From positions 186,001-250,000 of the forward strand of contig CDMY01000295.1 in the NCBI GenBank assembly GCA_001179505.1: a DNA stretch of 64,000 nt, given 5' to 3'. How positions within the stretch are numbered: position 1 is the stretch's first letter; every line of letters begins with the position of its first letter. The DNA is from Vitrella brassicaformis CCMP3155. Lineage: Eukaryota > Protista > Chromerida. Made by a program: the position numbers and the translations under genes. Positions 52,246-64,000 of the stretch are shown one piece after another. The notes under the pieces are model-generated. The model did no database searches and was not told the DNA's origin. It saw only the letters and a program-made list of their open reading frames with translations.

Positions 52246-55200
52246 GATGCTGTTTGTTCGGCAGCACATGCATTCACACGAACAACCAAGTGAGATGGAT
52301 GACGAACGACGAAGAGGCAGACAGCGAGAGGTCTTCTCTCTCAAACTGATATGCATGTGTGTCCTCTCGTGCAATATTGGCATGATGTGCGCAGCATGTC
52401 CAGAGGAGTTGAGTTCACTTCACGTGGGGCCCGCCCCGCCACCCCCATCCGCCGCCACGATGCCCCACCCACGCACCACGAGGCCTCTGCCAGATTCCCA
52501 CAGCATGCTCAGCAAGACAGGGCCCGTCCTCAGCCCCGCAACACCAGGCAAGACCGTCTCCATCACCGTGTCAGGCCCGCAGGCCTTTGAGCGGGAGGCA
52601 GAGTCCGACGACGAGCACGCCAAGATGCCCCAGCAGAGCCGGCTTCGAGCGGGCGGGGCGGTGAGCGACCCGTTGACAACACGGCCCACTCTGTACCTCA
52701 CAGCGCCGGCAGCCGTGGGCCGGTCCCGAGACAGGAAATCGGCGGGCGGCGGTGTGGCAAGGGCGGTGACAGAGGGGGATGGCCTGCTGCCGCTCCCCAC
52801 AGACACAGGGGTGCCCAAATTCTCTTCGCAGCTGCGGCACCCCTTCCCCTACCGGGTTTCTATTCATTTCGGGACGTCTGCAGGTCAGCATGCCGTGAAC
52901 CCGCCCCCTGACTCGCTCAAGGTGCACTTCCCGATCACTCCCAAGGAGTGGATGGAGACGGGAGACGGGCTGCTGGCCACGCCCCACGAGAAGAAGAAGA
53001 AGATCCCCAAGACGAAGAAGTCGACTGACGGCTTGTAAGTGAGAACATGCAGAGAGACTCTGCGACACAGTTCTCATGTCTCTTCGCTGCGATTTTCCTG
53101 CAGGTTGCCGACGCCACAATCCCCTCCTGCCAGCTCTCTGAGCAAGTCTGTCCCTCCGCCATTGCTCGACAGGCCACCCATGTCGCCAATGAATCTCGCA
53201 GCATCCATGGGCGCATCGCCCCCGTACCGCAGCAACATCGATCCGTTCTTGTCCTTTGACACGGGGCATGTGGTCGATCGGGAGGAGGGGGCGGCCTTCT
53301 ACTGTGCGAGGACCAAGACAGCCCCACAAGAGTCGGCTCCCTTCGAGCATCCACTGCCTTACTCGTCATTGCCCGCGACGCCCTCGCCTCTGTTGCCGCA
53401 CACGCAGCTGAACCCTCTTGCTGAGCCGTTCTTCCCTCCATCCTTCATGCAGAGCGGTCCTGCGAGTCCGATGCCCCAACAGCATCATTTCCACAGCTTC
53501 CCCAAGACTGCATTCCAACCATCGCCGCCATTGATCCCCCCACCTCCCCCCTTGCCATCCTCGCCACCTCATTATTCGTCGTCAGCGCCCCCCGGAAGCT
53601 TGCGATTTCAGCCGCCGCCCCCGCCATTGCCTTATCAGCCGCCCCCACCTCCTCCGCCCACACGCCAGATGTCCCGACAGGCATATAACAGTCCGCCAGC
53701 AAGGGCGCCGCACGGCCAACCGCCTCCACCGCCCCAGCCCCCACCGCCACCCCCTCCGGCAGCACTGAGCAGCCCCGTCACCAGCCCACAAGCGTCGGAG
53801 GGTTTCTCTCCGGCTGTTGTGGCCATGTTGGCGAGGCACTTGGAAGCACGGCCTGGCCGCCCTGAAAGGCCTGAGAGGTCCGAGAGACACGGCGGCAGAC
53901 CGACGGCGGTGCAGTCAGATCCGGCGATCGCCTTGGTCATACAGCAGGAGAGGATATCCTTGACGCCCAACGAGGGCGGTGGGGGCAGCAGTGCGGTGGG
54001 CCTGCCGCAGGTGCAGAGGGCGATGGCGTCTCTACCAGCAGCAGCACCAGCAGCAGCAACAGTCAGCGCAGACCGACCAAGAAGGGGGAGTTCACCGACG
54101 AGAAGAGACTCTGATGCACTGGGGTGGGCTGAGGACGAAGATCGGTGAAAAGTGCCCTTGACATGTCTCTGCCTCTCTGTGTGTCGGTGTGCACCAGTCT
54201 GCGTGAGCTGCAGTGGCGTGTGCTGGAGATCGTGCACTCGTCTGTCGATGGCGAGAGAGGGCAGGAGGGGAGGGCTGGCTCGATCTCCCTGGCGGATCTC
54301 GACGAGTACTACTTCGAACGATACTCATCCGGGCTTGATGGCGCTGTCGAAAGGTCATACAAACAGACAGCGGATGTGTGTGAATGCATTTGTCGTTACA
54401 TTCCAATGCGACGGTGTGTCACGCAGGCTCGGGTTTGCGAGTGTGTCAGCCTTCCTCCAAACAATGTACCCCATTCTGTCTTTGGCACCTGACGGCTGCA
54501 GCGTACGCTACGGCGCCCAGCCACCACAGTCGATGCCGTCGGCTCCTCTGGCCACCCTGCTGCCAGCGGCGAGCTCCCCAGCACCTCCGGCACCTCCACA
54601 AACCGCGCAGATCCACACCATCCGCCCAGAAAACATCGAGAAGTGAGCCTTGATGGGCTGATCGATCACACGACCGTCTGCAAACCTCGTTTCTCTGTCT
54701 GATGGCGTTTCCCGTTAGGTCGACTTTCTTGGGTCTCCTTGCCCAGCTGATTGAGGACGGCTGCGCGCTGCAGGCGGCCGAATGGGCCAAAGACTGTGAC
54801 CTCCTCGACCTGGAGGACGAGCTTGCTGCCGCTGAGACGGGTGGTGTTCATGAGGGATATGGCGGCCTGTATGGCGAGGCGCATGACGACAGCCCCAGGG
54901 CTGAAGAGGAGAGGCGCCTGCGGGCCAAGGAGAAGAAACAGGAGAAGCACCCCAGACGACTGCGCAAAGACAAGTTCCTCAAGTAACGAAATGGTTTCAT
55001 CCTCAAGTAAATGGTAGTTCACTATGCATGCATACGATTGCGCCTCAGGGATCGGGAAGAGCAGCAACAGCAGCAACAGCGAGAACAGGAAAACCAGCAG
55101 CAGGCTCTCCTGCCGTCTCTCTTCAGAGACCACCAACCCCGCAGCCGCACCCTCCAGGCCCCAGCGGTCCTGCCGACACATACTCCCGCCTCATCGAGCG

Positions 55201-55765
55201 CTTCCTCACAGCCGCACAGCGACTCAGAACGAAGCAGCAGATCGGCGAGCAGGAAAATCAGGAACCAGCCTGCTGGATTGTCATCATCACGGAGCCTGAG
55301 CCACGACAAGCCTCTGTTTCTTGGGAAGGAGGCTGCGGCTGCGGGTGGGAATGGGTTTGCGCTGCCCCACGTCGCGGCACTGAGTGCCGAGGAGCTATCG
55401 AGGCGGAGAAAGGAGCTGAGACAAAGGACGGTCGGGGTGTTTGTGGCGGCCCTGAAGGCCATGTGGAAGGAAAAGTGAGTGATTGCACTAACCATCAGAA
55501 GAGAGGCGGGCCACAAAGAATGGGGTGTCTGTCTGCATGTGTGTGCAGGTACGTCAATAGGGAGGTGTCGATCAGTGAGCATGGTGTCTCTGCGTCGGTC
55601 CACCTGCTGCCGCTGGACCACTACATCTACCAGTTCGGCTATGCCAAGCTGCTCATCGGTCTAAGGGAGCTTGCGCATGTGGAGGTGTTGGGCAAGGAGG
55701 GCGACATGCGCGTGGCGACGAAGGAGCACATGGAGAGGTGCAGTGCGGTCCAAGGCAGCAGATAG
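52246..55765 (+). CDS. Pro/Ser-rich protein with putative LOTUS (OST-HTH) domains
   Basis: ISLADLDEYYFERYSSGLD..R|LGFASVSAFLQTMYPIL and LPLDHYIYQFGYAKLLIGLRELAHVEV fit the LOTUS pattern. Start uncertain. Confidence 0.5.
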
Positions 55766-55899
55766 TGACCACCGAAGGAGTGAATGAGGAAGATTGATTT
55801 CTGTACTAGGTAGGTGGGGAGATAGGGCGTGGGTGTGTGTCTTAAGGCGTGCGGTCGTTCTGCATGGTCGGACTTGCTAACTTACCATCCATCCATTGA

Positions 55900-57871
55900 G
55901 TGACTCATCCATCAATCAAGGAGGCATCTTCTGTCTCTTGCCGCGCTTGGAGCGTCTTCTCTGCCTCTCTCCCACATCACCTCCCTCCACACACACGTGC
56001 ACATTCATACCAGTGTGGCTCTCTGACAGTGTCGTGCTTCGTGACGACGCCCCAAAGCTGCTCGCAAGGCTCTTGGCCCTCACAATTGCCGCCCCGCCGT
56101 CGTCATCGTATCTCGGGGACATTTCTTCAGACGGCTGCCAGTTGCTCCTGAAGGTCTTCTTCCTCTCTGTCGAGCTCGACCCAGTGTCTGTGTCCGGCCT
56201 CTTTGGCTTCACCCAAATGCGCACAGGCGTTGCTGATGGCACGGGAGGAGCTTGGCCATACACCACTCGCGCCAACGGAGGGCTGGCAGCTGCCGCTTGT
56301 AGCAGAGCCGCCTCTCTTTCCTGTTTGCCATTTCTGGCGTCTTCTGCAGGGGCACTCTTGGGTCTGCCAGCGCCGCTTGGCGGCTCAATGGGCCGGTCGA
56401 CAGTTGGATGGCCGGACGAAGGCCGCGTGGTTATCGAAGAGGCGGGGGTGTGCAAAGCTGCCGGCAGGATGGAGGGGAGGTGGGCCTTCAATGAGTGGTC
56501 CGACAACGTGTGAGAGAGAGGCAGCGATGAAGAGTTACGGAAACATGGACGCCGTTTCCTCGGCTGCACATTCTCCTGGATGCCTGTGGCCACACAAACC
56601 ACACTACATGAGACGGGCAAGTGACCAGAGGGAGGCTGACCTCTGAGCAGGGAGAAGTGAAACGTCAAGAAGAATGAGACATCCTCCCTGGGATCGCCGT
56701 ATGAAGAGAAGCCCAGCCTCCGGTTGTGCCAGAACGGCACTGGCTGTCCTCCGTGATGGACGAAGAAGGGTCCGCTCCACCCGTGCAATACTTGGATGGC
56801 CGTCTGGTGAGCGCGCCACAGTGTCTCACCAAGGCACGCCATTCGGCCACTGAACACGGGACAGAGGAGGCAGCCATGTCATTGAGTCAATTCGTCTGCT
56901 TCTCCGTGTCTGTCAGGCAGTTACCTCCTTCTCTGTCTTGCGATATCCAGAAGGCCCCTGAGCATCAGCTCGGAAGGGTGACGAAACGTCGAGATCTCGG
57001 CCTGTACAATTATATGGGTGAATAAAGCAATTCTCTGGGTATCCTCTTCTGCTGCCTCCCTGACCTCTGCGAAGAAATAGAAGATCCGGCCCTGCTTGTC
57101 GGCATGGCAAGTCCACCGGGCTGCAAAGAGATGCGGAGCATGTCATCAAAGGACCGTACGTCTCAGACTCATGCTCAGCGTACGCGGAAGCGGCCATCGG
57201 AGAGTGGTTTCGATCAGCCACAGTAGATCCATCTCAGAAGACACATCCACGCCAAGTGAGCGGGCGAAGGCAGCCACCTCATCATGATACACATGCTGCG
57301 ATAAGACATGTCCGGAGGGGTTCGTCGAGTACGGAAACGCGCTGTTCTCGTCGACAGTGTCATCGTCAAAAGCCAGCGACAGGCTTGCGCGCGCGTCACG
57401 GTCCTGTACAGAGGTCTGTGGCGACCCGGCAATCGTCGCCCTCCTTCTCTTGCGCCACGCCCGCCATGCCATTTTGCCTCTCCTTTCATTGCCCCACTCG
57501 TCATCGTCAGTCGGGGTGAAGGCCTCCACTCTGTTGTGAGATCGATAAGCGAAGGAAAGCCCCGTTCCATTGGCATCAGTGCTCCTCCTCGACTCTCTGC
57601 TACTCGGTGAGGATGTCGTCCATGTTGAGCGTGAACGCCTGAGGTCTTCTGCAGTGTGGTCTGAGGAGTCCACGTCTTCCACAGTGATCTGGGGCTCGGG
57701 TTGGTCAGAGTCGATTCCTTGCTCGGGGTCATTCGGCCAGCTGGCGACAGAAGCTGTGGATTGTCGCCGAAAGACGGAGCGCAGGCTGAGGCGGCTCCCG
57801 CGCCTGATGCTGCGTTTTTCCGGCACCTTGTACGCCAGCCCCACCCGAGGGATAGAAGACGTCGTTCCCAT
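55900..57871 (-). CDS. CEP164-type WW-domain protein with a low-complexity C-terminus
   Basis: EVAAFARSLGVDVSSEMDLLWL....RWPLP|.RWTCHADKQGRIFYFF..|.EISTFRHP matches the recalled CEP164 pre-WW plus WW pattern. 3' end uncertain. Confidence 0.65.
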
Positions 57872-57979
57872 TGAGCAACTGTTGTTGCAATGGTTGGTGC
57901 AGAATAGTGCAGAAATGAAATGCAGCTCAGCTGGCAAGGGGGGGGAGGGAAGGGACACGACACGTCGAGCTCGCAACAG

Positions 57980-58321
57980 CCCCCCCCCCCCCCCCCCCNN
58001 NNNNNNNNNNNNNNNNNNNNNNNNNNNNNNNNNNNNNNNNNNNNNNNNNNNNNNNNNNNNNNNNNNNNNNNNNNNNNNNNNNNNNNNNNNNNNNNNNNNN
58101 NNNNNNNNNNNNNNNNNNNNNNNNNNNNNNNNNNNNNNNNNNNNNNNNNNNNNNNNNNNNNNNNNNNNNNNNNNNNNNNNNNNNNNNNNNNNNNNNNNNN
58201 NNNNNNNNNNNNNNNNNNNNNNNNNNNNNNNNNNNNNNNNNNNNNNNNNNNNNNNNNNNNNNNNNNNNNNNNNNNNNNNNNNNNNNNNNNNNNNNNNNAA
58301 ACCCCCCCCCCCCCCCCCCCC
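57980..58321. other. Assembly gap (57999-58298) flanked by C19 and C20 homopolymers
   Basis: Read directly. Confidence 1.
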
Positions 58322-58387
58322 TTCCGTTGCTCCAATTGTCCGTGTCCCCCCGCAACGCTTCCCCACCACAACTGCATGGTGCAGCAA

Positions 58388-61300
58388 TGTGGAAGACCTT
58401 CCGTGACCGAGCCCGAGAGGCAGAGAGAACCTCACGAGAAGTGGCAGCGACGCAGCAGCAACAGGCTCTTAAGATCACCCTCGATGAGATAAACCGGTTT
58501 GAGAAGACCCATCATCTCTCCCTCCGCCGCCCCCGTCCACTCAGCCCCGCCCAAGACCAGGGCGAAGGCGACAAGAGAGAGGCGGACTTGGGGGAGCCAA
58601 CCGAGCCCAAAAGACGGGCCTCGCCTCTGGATTTCTACGATTATGCCTCTCCGTCGATGCGAGCCGAGGGGCGGGTGACGAAGATGAACCCCACCCCTGG
58701 CACACCGGAGAGAAGAAAGGACTTCGGCAAAGGGACGAAAGAGCTCGTCGATGGCTTCGGGAGGACGGTCATCGAGCCGATATTCATGCAGCCCGTAAGT
58801 ACCAAGTCCACGTGGCTGCATGCCATTCAGCTGATAACAGTTGTGTGTGTCATGTGTTTGTCTGTCGTAGGAGAAAGAATGGTCTCTGAAAATGAAGACC
58901 ATGACCACCAGCGACAAGCCCACGAAGGTCAGTCATACAATCACTGCTTCCGTTCCATCCTCCCTTGACCTCCTGTTGGTCATGCAGAGATCTGTCTACT
59001 CCCGCACGGCCACCTTCGATGACACACTAGGCACGACGGGAGACATGCTTCAACGGTTCCTCAAGACGTCACGCTCCCGCACCAGGCTGGGCGAGAGCGA
59101 CGAGGGGCTCGGCGCACACGCGTTGCCACCCCGGATGTTCCATCTGTCAATGAAGATGAAGGGAGAGAAGGTGGACTGCTCTATACCGATGACGCGATCA
59201 CACCAGCTGGGGACACTCGCCCGGGCCGCCAAAGTAGGCGAACCAACAAACACGGAAGGAGTGAATATATATGGTTTGAACTTATATGTGTCCTGCCCTC
59301 TTGCATGTCTCATGCAGCCATGGATCGAGAACAACCTTGTGGTGCAAGAGCGGGCGCGGCAGGAGATGAAGGCAATGGTCAGTGGGCACACATTGACACC
59401 AGTGAAAGGCCGGGTATCTGGTGTATGCGCGGTGCGCAAAATATCTGCCTGTCTGTCTGTCTCTCAGGGGGAGGAGCGTCGCGATTGGGAGACACGATTG
59501 GTACTCAACGCATCGGCAGGCCTCTCTCAATATCACCCTCTACGTGTGTGTGTCTTACTTCGCAGAGAAACGACCTTCTCGTCGCGATGGCCAGTAAGAT
59601 ACGATACAGCTCCCACATGTCTCTGTGTGACCTCCTCTCTTGTTTCCTGCGCAGAGCGCCGTGCCAGGGCGGAGGAGGCGGCTGTCGGCAGAAAAGAGCC
59701 TTTCGCACTGCGCAATGTACAGCCACTTTGACATCTTTGTCAATCTGTTTCCCTGCTCATACTTCTTTGCATTCTTTCTCTCTCGCCCTGCCAGCGTGCC
59801 CGGGCCATCAGGCGCGAGCGGAATGCCAAGCACCAGGCGTCCCAGCAGCAGGAGAAACATCAGAACGTCATCGACACCTACGGCGAGCGGCCTCTCTTCC
59901 TCCTGGACCCTACTCACATCAGCCAAATGCCACAGGCCCAGCAGGACGTCATCAAGGCCGTGCAGAACCTTCAGGAGACCACCATGCTGCAGCAGGGGTA
60001 CGAGTCGGCCACGAGTGCCATCACGTCTGCCAGAGGGGGAGCGAAGGAAGAGTTCTTCGGGCCGGGTGACGGGGGCCGTCACGGTGTGCCGACGGCCATG
60101 GATGTGACGACGAGGGTGGCGAGAACGAGGGATGGCTGGCGAACTGGACTCATGAGGACGGGGGAATTCGACACGGGGCGGGCGTACTATCCCAGCTCCG
60201 AGAGACGAACAGCCGCCGCGTTTGGCGAAGCGTGCAAGTATGCAAGAGGAGGCACATGATTTCTGGGATGCCCCGTCGCGTTTTTGCACCTGTGTTGGTG
60301 CAGGGCTCGGAAGGATCATGCTGCTCTAATTCGCCATCAGAGAGACATTGAAATGTTCAGCGACATTGCCATGGCGAAGACAGAGAGGGAAGAGGTAGAC
60401 ACACAGAAATGAGTGGACCTACAGGTCGGTAGCGTCTCTGTGCGTTGTTCAGGCGTTGGCCAGCATGACCGATTTCGAAGACACGCTGCAACACATTAAG
60501 CGAATGAAGGTGAGACACCATGTGCGAAGAAGGAACACCGCCTTCACAAGGATTTCCTCCATTCAATTTTCGCCAGGGTCGGCTGCGGGCACAGGCGACC
60601 AAGACGCAGATCAGAATAGATGGGAGATGAGATGGAGTAGTGCATGTCATTGAGGGGTTTCACGTCTGCCGCTGGACTTGTTGGCGGTGGTGGTGGGGCT
60701 GGATTGTTCTTCGCCCGTCACTGCTGAGAAAGGAGAGCAAAAAGCTATCAATGACTTTCTCAGACAGCTGTTTTGGCAGCCTGTCATGAAGCTATGAACA
60801 TGAACTGGAAGGTTGCATGCGCGGGGGCCCACCTGTGGGCGGGATTCGCCGTCTCGGCCGTCTCAGACTTCTCCATTGTTCCGAATCCCGACGAATCCCA
60901 TTCCAAGATGCCGCGCTGTCGCTCTTCATCACGTTCCTCGGTACGCTACGGAACGCCGAAACTCCATGATCACGCCATCGACAAATCTGGCCTGCTCACC
61001 TGCCGTGAACTGCGCAGGCCTGTCCGCCGCGGAGAGGTTCCGGGCCCCTCTCATCATCGATGCCGCCCACGAAGGCGCCAGTCAGACAGACAGACAGACA
61101 GACCGACGCGTCTTCTGATGGCGACTGCGGGCTCATTTCTGTGGTTGTCTCAGAGAGCCTGATGCAGCAGAACCTGACCATGACCATGGTGGCGTTGTCT
61201 GCAGCGATGATGCCACACGTACATGAGCCCCGCTTCCACACTCCTGGATGATCCTCCTCTTGTGTTTGTGCAGCCTGCAGCTACTCGGAGACAGGAGGAG

Positions 61301-61566
61301 ACGTCTGCCGCATTCGGGGCACCCAGGACATCTGCGTGACTGCAGCCGCAGTTATCGGAAATGTGTGGCCCAAGGACGTCAGAGAAGGCCTAACAGAGAT
61401 TGGCAAGAGGTTCAACATCGACCTTTCGAACTCGCCGTTTTCCCCTGAGCCCCGATTCACGTGCAACTCCATGGGCGTTGCCCAAGCCGGAGACCTCATC
61501 ACCAAGCCCGCCTTGCTGGGCCTGGAGAGGCAGCGGAAGCTTCGCCTGCAGTACCCCCAGCTGTAA
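58388..61566 (+). CDS. Multi-exon hypothetical protein (coiled-coil-like segments; no domain recognised)
   Basis: Series of GC3-rich open exons bounded by GT/AG, ending RKLRLQYPQL*. Could be two genes. Confidence 0.5.
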
Positions 61567-62202
61567 GAGCATAGATGATCTCACCTTGCCTCCTTACCTG
61601 CAGCGGCGCTGTATGCAGGCTCGGCGCTGAGGAGGTGAACCCGGTCCGGGCAATCGAGGTGAGGCTGTAACGCGGGCAGAGGCAGACAGACATGCAGCCG
61701 TCGCTGCCGTGTGTACACATGTAGGAGCTGCCCGGTGAGGTGGAGACACTTTTGAAGCAGTCCTCGATGTTCAAGCACTGCAGCTGCTGCGAACCCATCG
61801 CCTGAACCGGGCCAAACAGCTGAACGCGCGGCTTGAGAGAGACCGACAGTCAGAGAGAGAGAGAGAGAGACATTCGTGCATGAAAGCGGGGGACAAGGGA
61901 TGTCCCACAGCACCGGAGTGCGTGGCAGCCATGTTCGTTCCGGCCGGACTCATGTGTCTGTCTGAGCACCTGAAGCAGTGACGGGCAAACGTCCGCTTAC
62001 CACCACCAACCAGCTGCAATGTCCTGCCCACCCATGACTGCCCCACACCACTTAGGGGAGCAATCGGTGGTTTGCAATGCAATGCAATCGGTGGTTTCCT
62101 TGAGTAACCCAGCTGGCTTCGCGCATGTACCCGGGCGGCCTCAGATCGAGCGAACGAACAACTCGAACGATCTACGCAGAGCTCGCATCTGAGAATTCAT
62201 CG

Positions 62203-64000
62203 ATGGTGCGAAATCGATGGGTTATCTTCATCGTGTGCTTGTTGCATCATGTCCACAGAGGCCTGCAGAGAGGCCTGCAGCAGGATGGAAGCCGGCTGAC
62301 AGCATTCGACACCCAGGAGAAGGCACTGCAGCACCTCAAGGGCACCACAGAACAGGGGCGACTGACGCAAGATCTGCTGGAAAGGTGAGGCTCACGCACA
62401 GCAAGGGAATGGATGGCATTCATCGCATCACTCGGCATCCCTTCCTTTGGTGGTTCGGTCCAGAGATCTTCGTTTCTGCGTGCGCAACTGCTGGTGGGAC
62501 GTATGCCGCTATCTCATTTCGTTGAGCCATTCGTCGTCTGTCGAGGATGGCAACACGAGTAGGCTCACACGGAAGGAACAGACACGAACACATACGAACA
62601 CATGCAGACCACACCCTCTCTCTGTCTTGTCTGTGCGTTCGTTGTGATGCAGGGTTGGATGCGGCAGGTGTGGTGCGTCAGGAGGTGGGCCGCGTACGCC
62701 AAGCTGCTGACAGCCTCATACGGATACTCGACAGGCAACACGCTGACATTCAAAGGTCGGGTGCCACGATGTACCTACCTACCGTACCTGTCGATGAATG
62801 AACCGACTGTCGATGCGTGTCGGTGGCTGTGTGTGTGCAGGATATCCTGTGCCTTTCAGTGGGCTCAGTCGCCCTCACAGGTCTTCCTGAGCATCAAATA
62901 CTCATACAAATGGAACAGCCCAGGTCGGAAGACCCATACAAATAGAACCCACAGATCTGTGAGTGACCTCCTGTACTGACTGTCTGTGTGCAGGTGCATT
63001 ATCGCTTGAGAGTGAGGAGGTGTCCATCAGCCCCCGGCACTTCCACTTCTCGGGCGAGGGCCAGCAGAGCCACAGCCACAAAAGGTACTTCCTTGACCTG
63101 GACCTATACGACACTGTCAGCCAACAGGTCCGCCAAAGACACCAACCATGACAGGCAACCAATCAGCAGCCGTCACCCATCCCATCCGATGTGATGTGTG
63201 TGCAGAATTCGTCCTGGTCTTTCGGCAGCGTCGGCCGACTGATGTAGGCAGCAAGAGAGATATGCACGGACAGAGGGAGGAGCCGAATGCTATGCCTTTG
63301 TCTTCCAGGGTGACATTGACAAAGGAGAAGGACGCCATCTGGCCCAGGCTGACGCAGTCGACCGTAGGCGCGCACACAGAAAAAACAAGCGCAGAGAATG
63401 GAGCAGAATGCAAGGCGGTCCTGCGCCTGTCCGTCAGGACAAAATTGCCAACATGCACGTGTGGTGGGAAATGAAAGAGCGGTGAGCACGCGCACACACC
63501 TACGCTCACAGTCCACCCACACACAGACGGCATCTCCATCCCACCCTCTGTGCAGCTATGAGTCGGAGGTGGCCGAGTATGAGAAGAAGCATGGCGTATT
63601 GGATGACCAGCAGGAGGAGGCAGCCAACCGCCGGCCGACGAAGGGCAAGAGGCGGCAGCCCAAGCACATGGCCGAGGTCGACTGGCTGGTCAGATGGGGC
63701 GTGTGGCTGCAACGAGTCGACAACGCGACAAGGGCTTTCATGGCTGGCAAGGTAAAATGGGGTGCATTGCTCTGCAATGAGGATCGAGATGAGAAATCTG
63801 TATCTATCTGCTCGCGTCACGTTCGTGTGTTTAGAGGGGCGAAGCTTTATCGTATTTGCGAGGGGACCACGACGACCCGAAAGGCATCATCCGGCGGTAT
63901 CTGCCTACACCGACTGACGTGTTCTTCTGGGCCAACCTCGCTTACTTCCTGCTGGCCTTTGTCACGCTGGCTGCCGTGCTGGTGCCTGTGGTGTGCTACT
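62203..64000 (+). CDS. CS (p23/HSP20-like) domain protein with a predicted signal peptide; 3' incomplete
   Basis: AFQWAQSPSQVFLSIKY, RYFLDLDLYDTV, VTLTKEKDAIWPRL, KLPNMHVWWEM. Hydrophobic N-terminus and a hydrophobic stretch at the window end. Confidence 0.75.

Noticed and set aside
47932-57871. Flagellar gene cluster (LC4 plus CEP164-like)
   Set aside because: Only two genes, 7 kb apart with unrelated genes between them.

Overview
Eukaryotic, GC-rich, intron-dense genomic DNA. Introns are ~60-130 nt GT-AG and full of (CA)n/(GACA)n/(GGAT)n microsatellites, and there are two 300-N gaps. Gene content and style best fit a chromerid alveolate such as Vitrella (inference). About 20 multi-exon genes are present: the PPDK 3' end, FAM241-like, ABC1/UbiB kinase, 2-Cys peroxiredoxin, three dispersed paralogs of an unnamed F-box-like/LRR-like family, an ankyrin-repeat protein, a very large RME-8/DNAJC13-like IWN-repeat protein, a METTL21-type methyltransferase, a BTB+TLDc-like protein, an ATP sulfurylase-APS kinase fusion, a membrane-anchored bZIP factor, dynein LC4, an HHxxxDG acyltransferase, a putative LOTUS protein, a CEP164-type WW protein and a CS-domain protein. 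Main leads: (1) an ATF6/bZIP28-like bZIP with a TM segment, a candidate S1P site and UPRE-like motifs in its own promoter; (2) an RME-8 homolog with four IWN repeats, no visible J domain and an N-myristoylation start; (3) frameshifts, a nonsense codon and an insertion confined to lineage-expanded families; (4) 14 consecutive genes in strictly alternating head-to-head pairs. All family calls come from motif recognition by eye. No database searches were run, and exon boundaries are manual.
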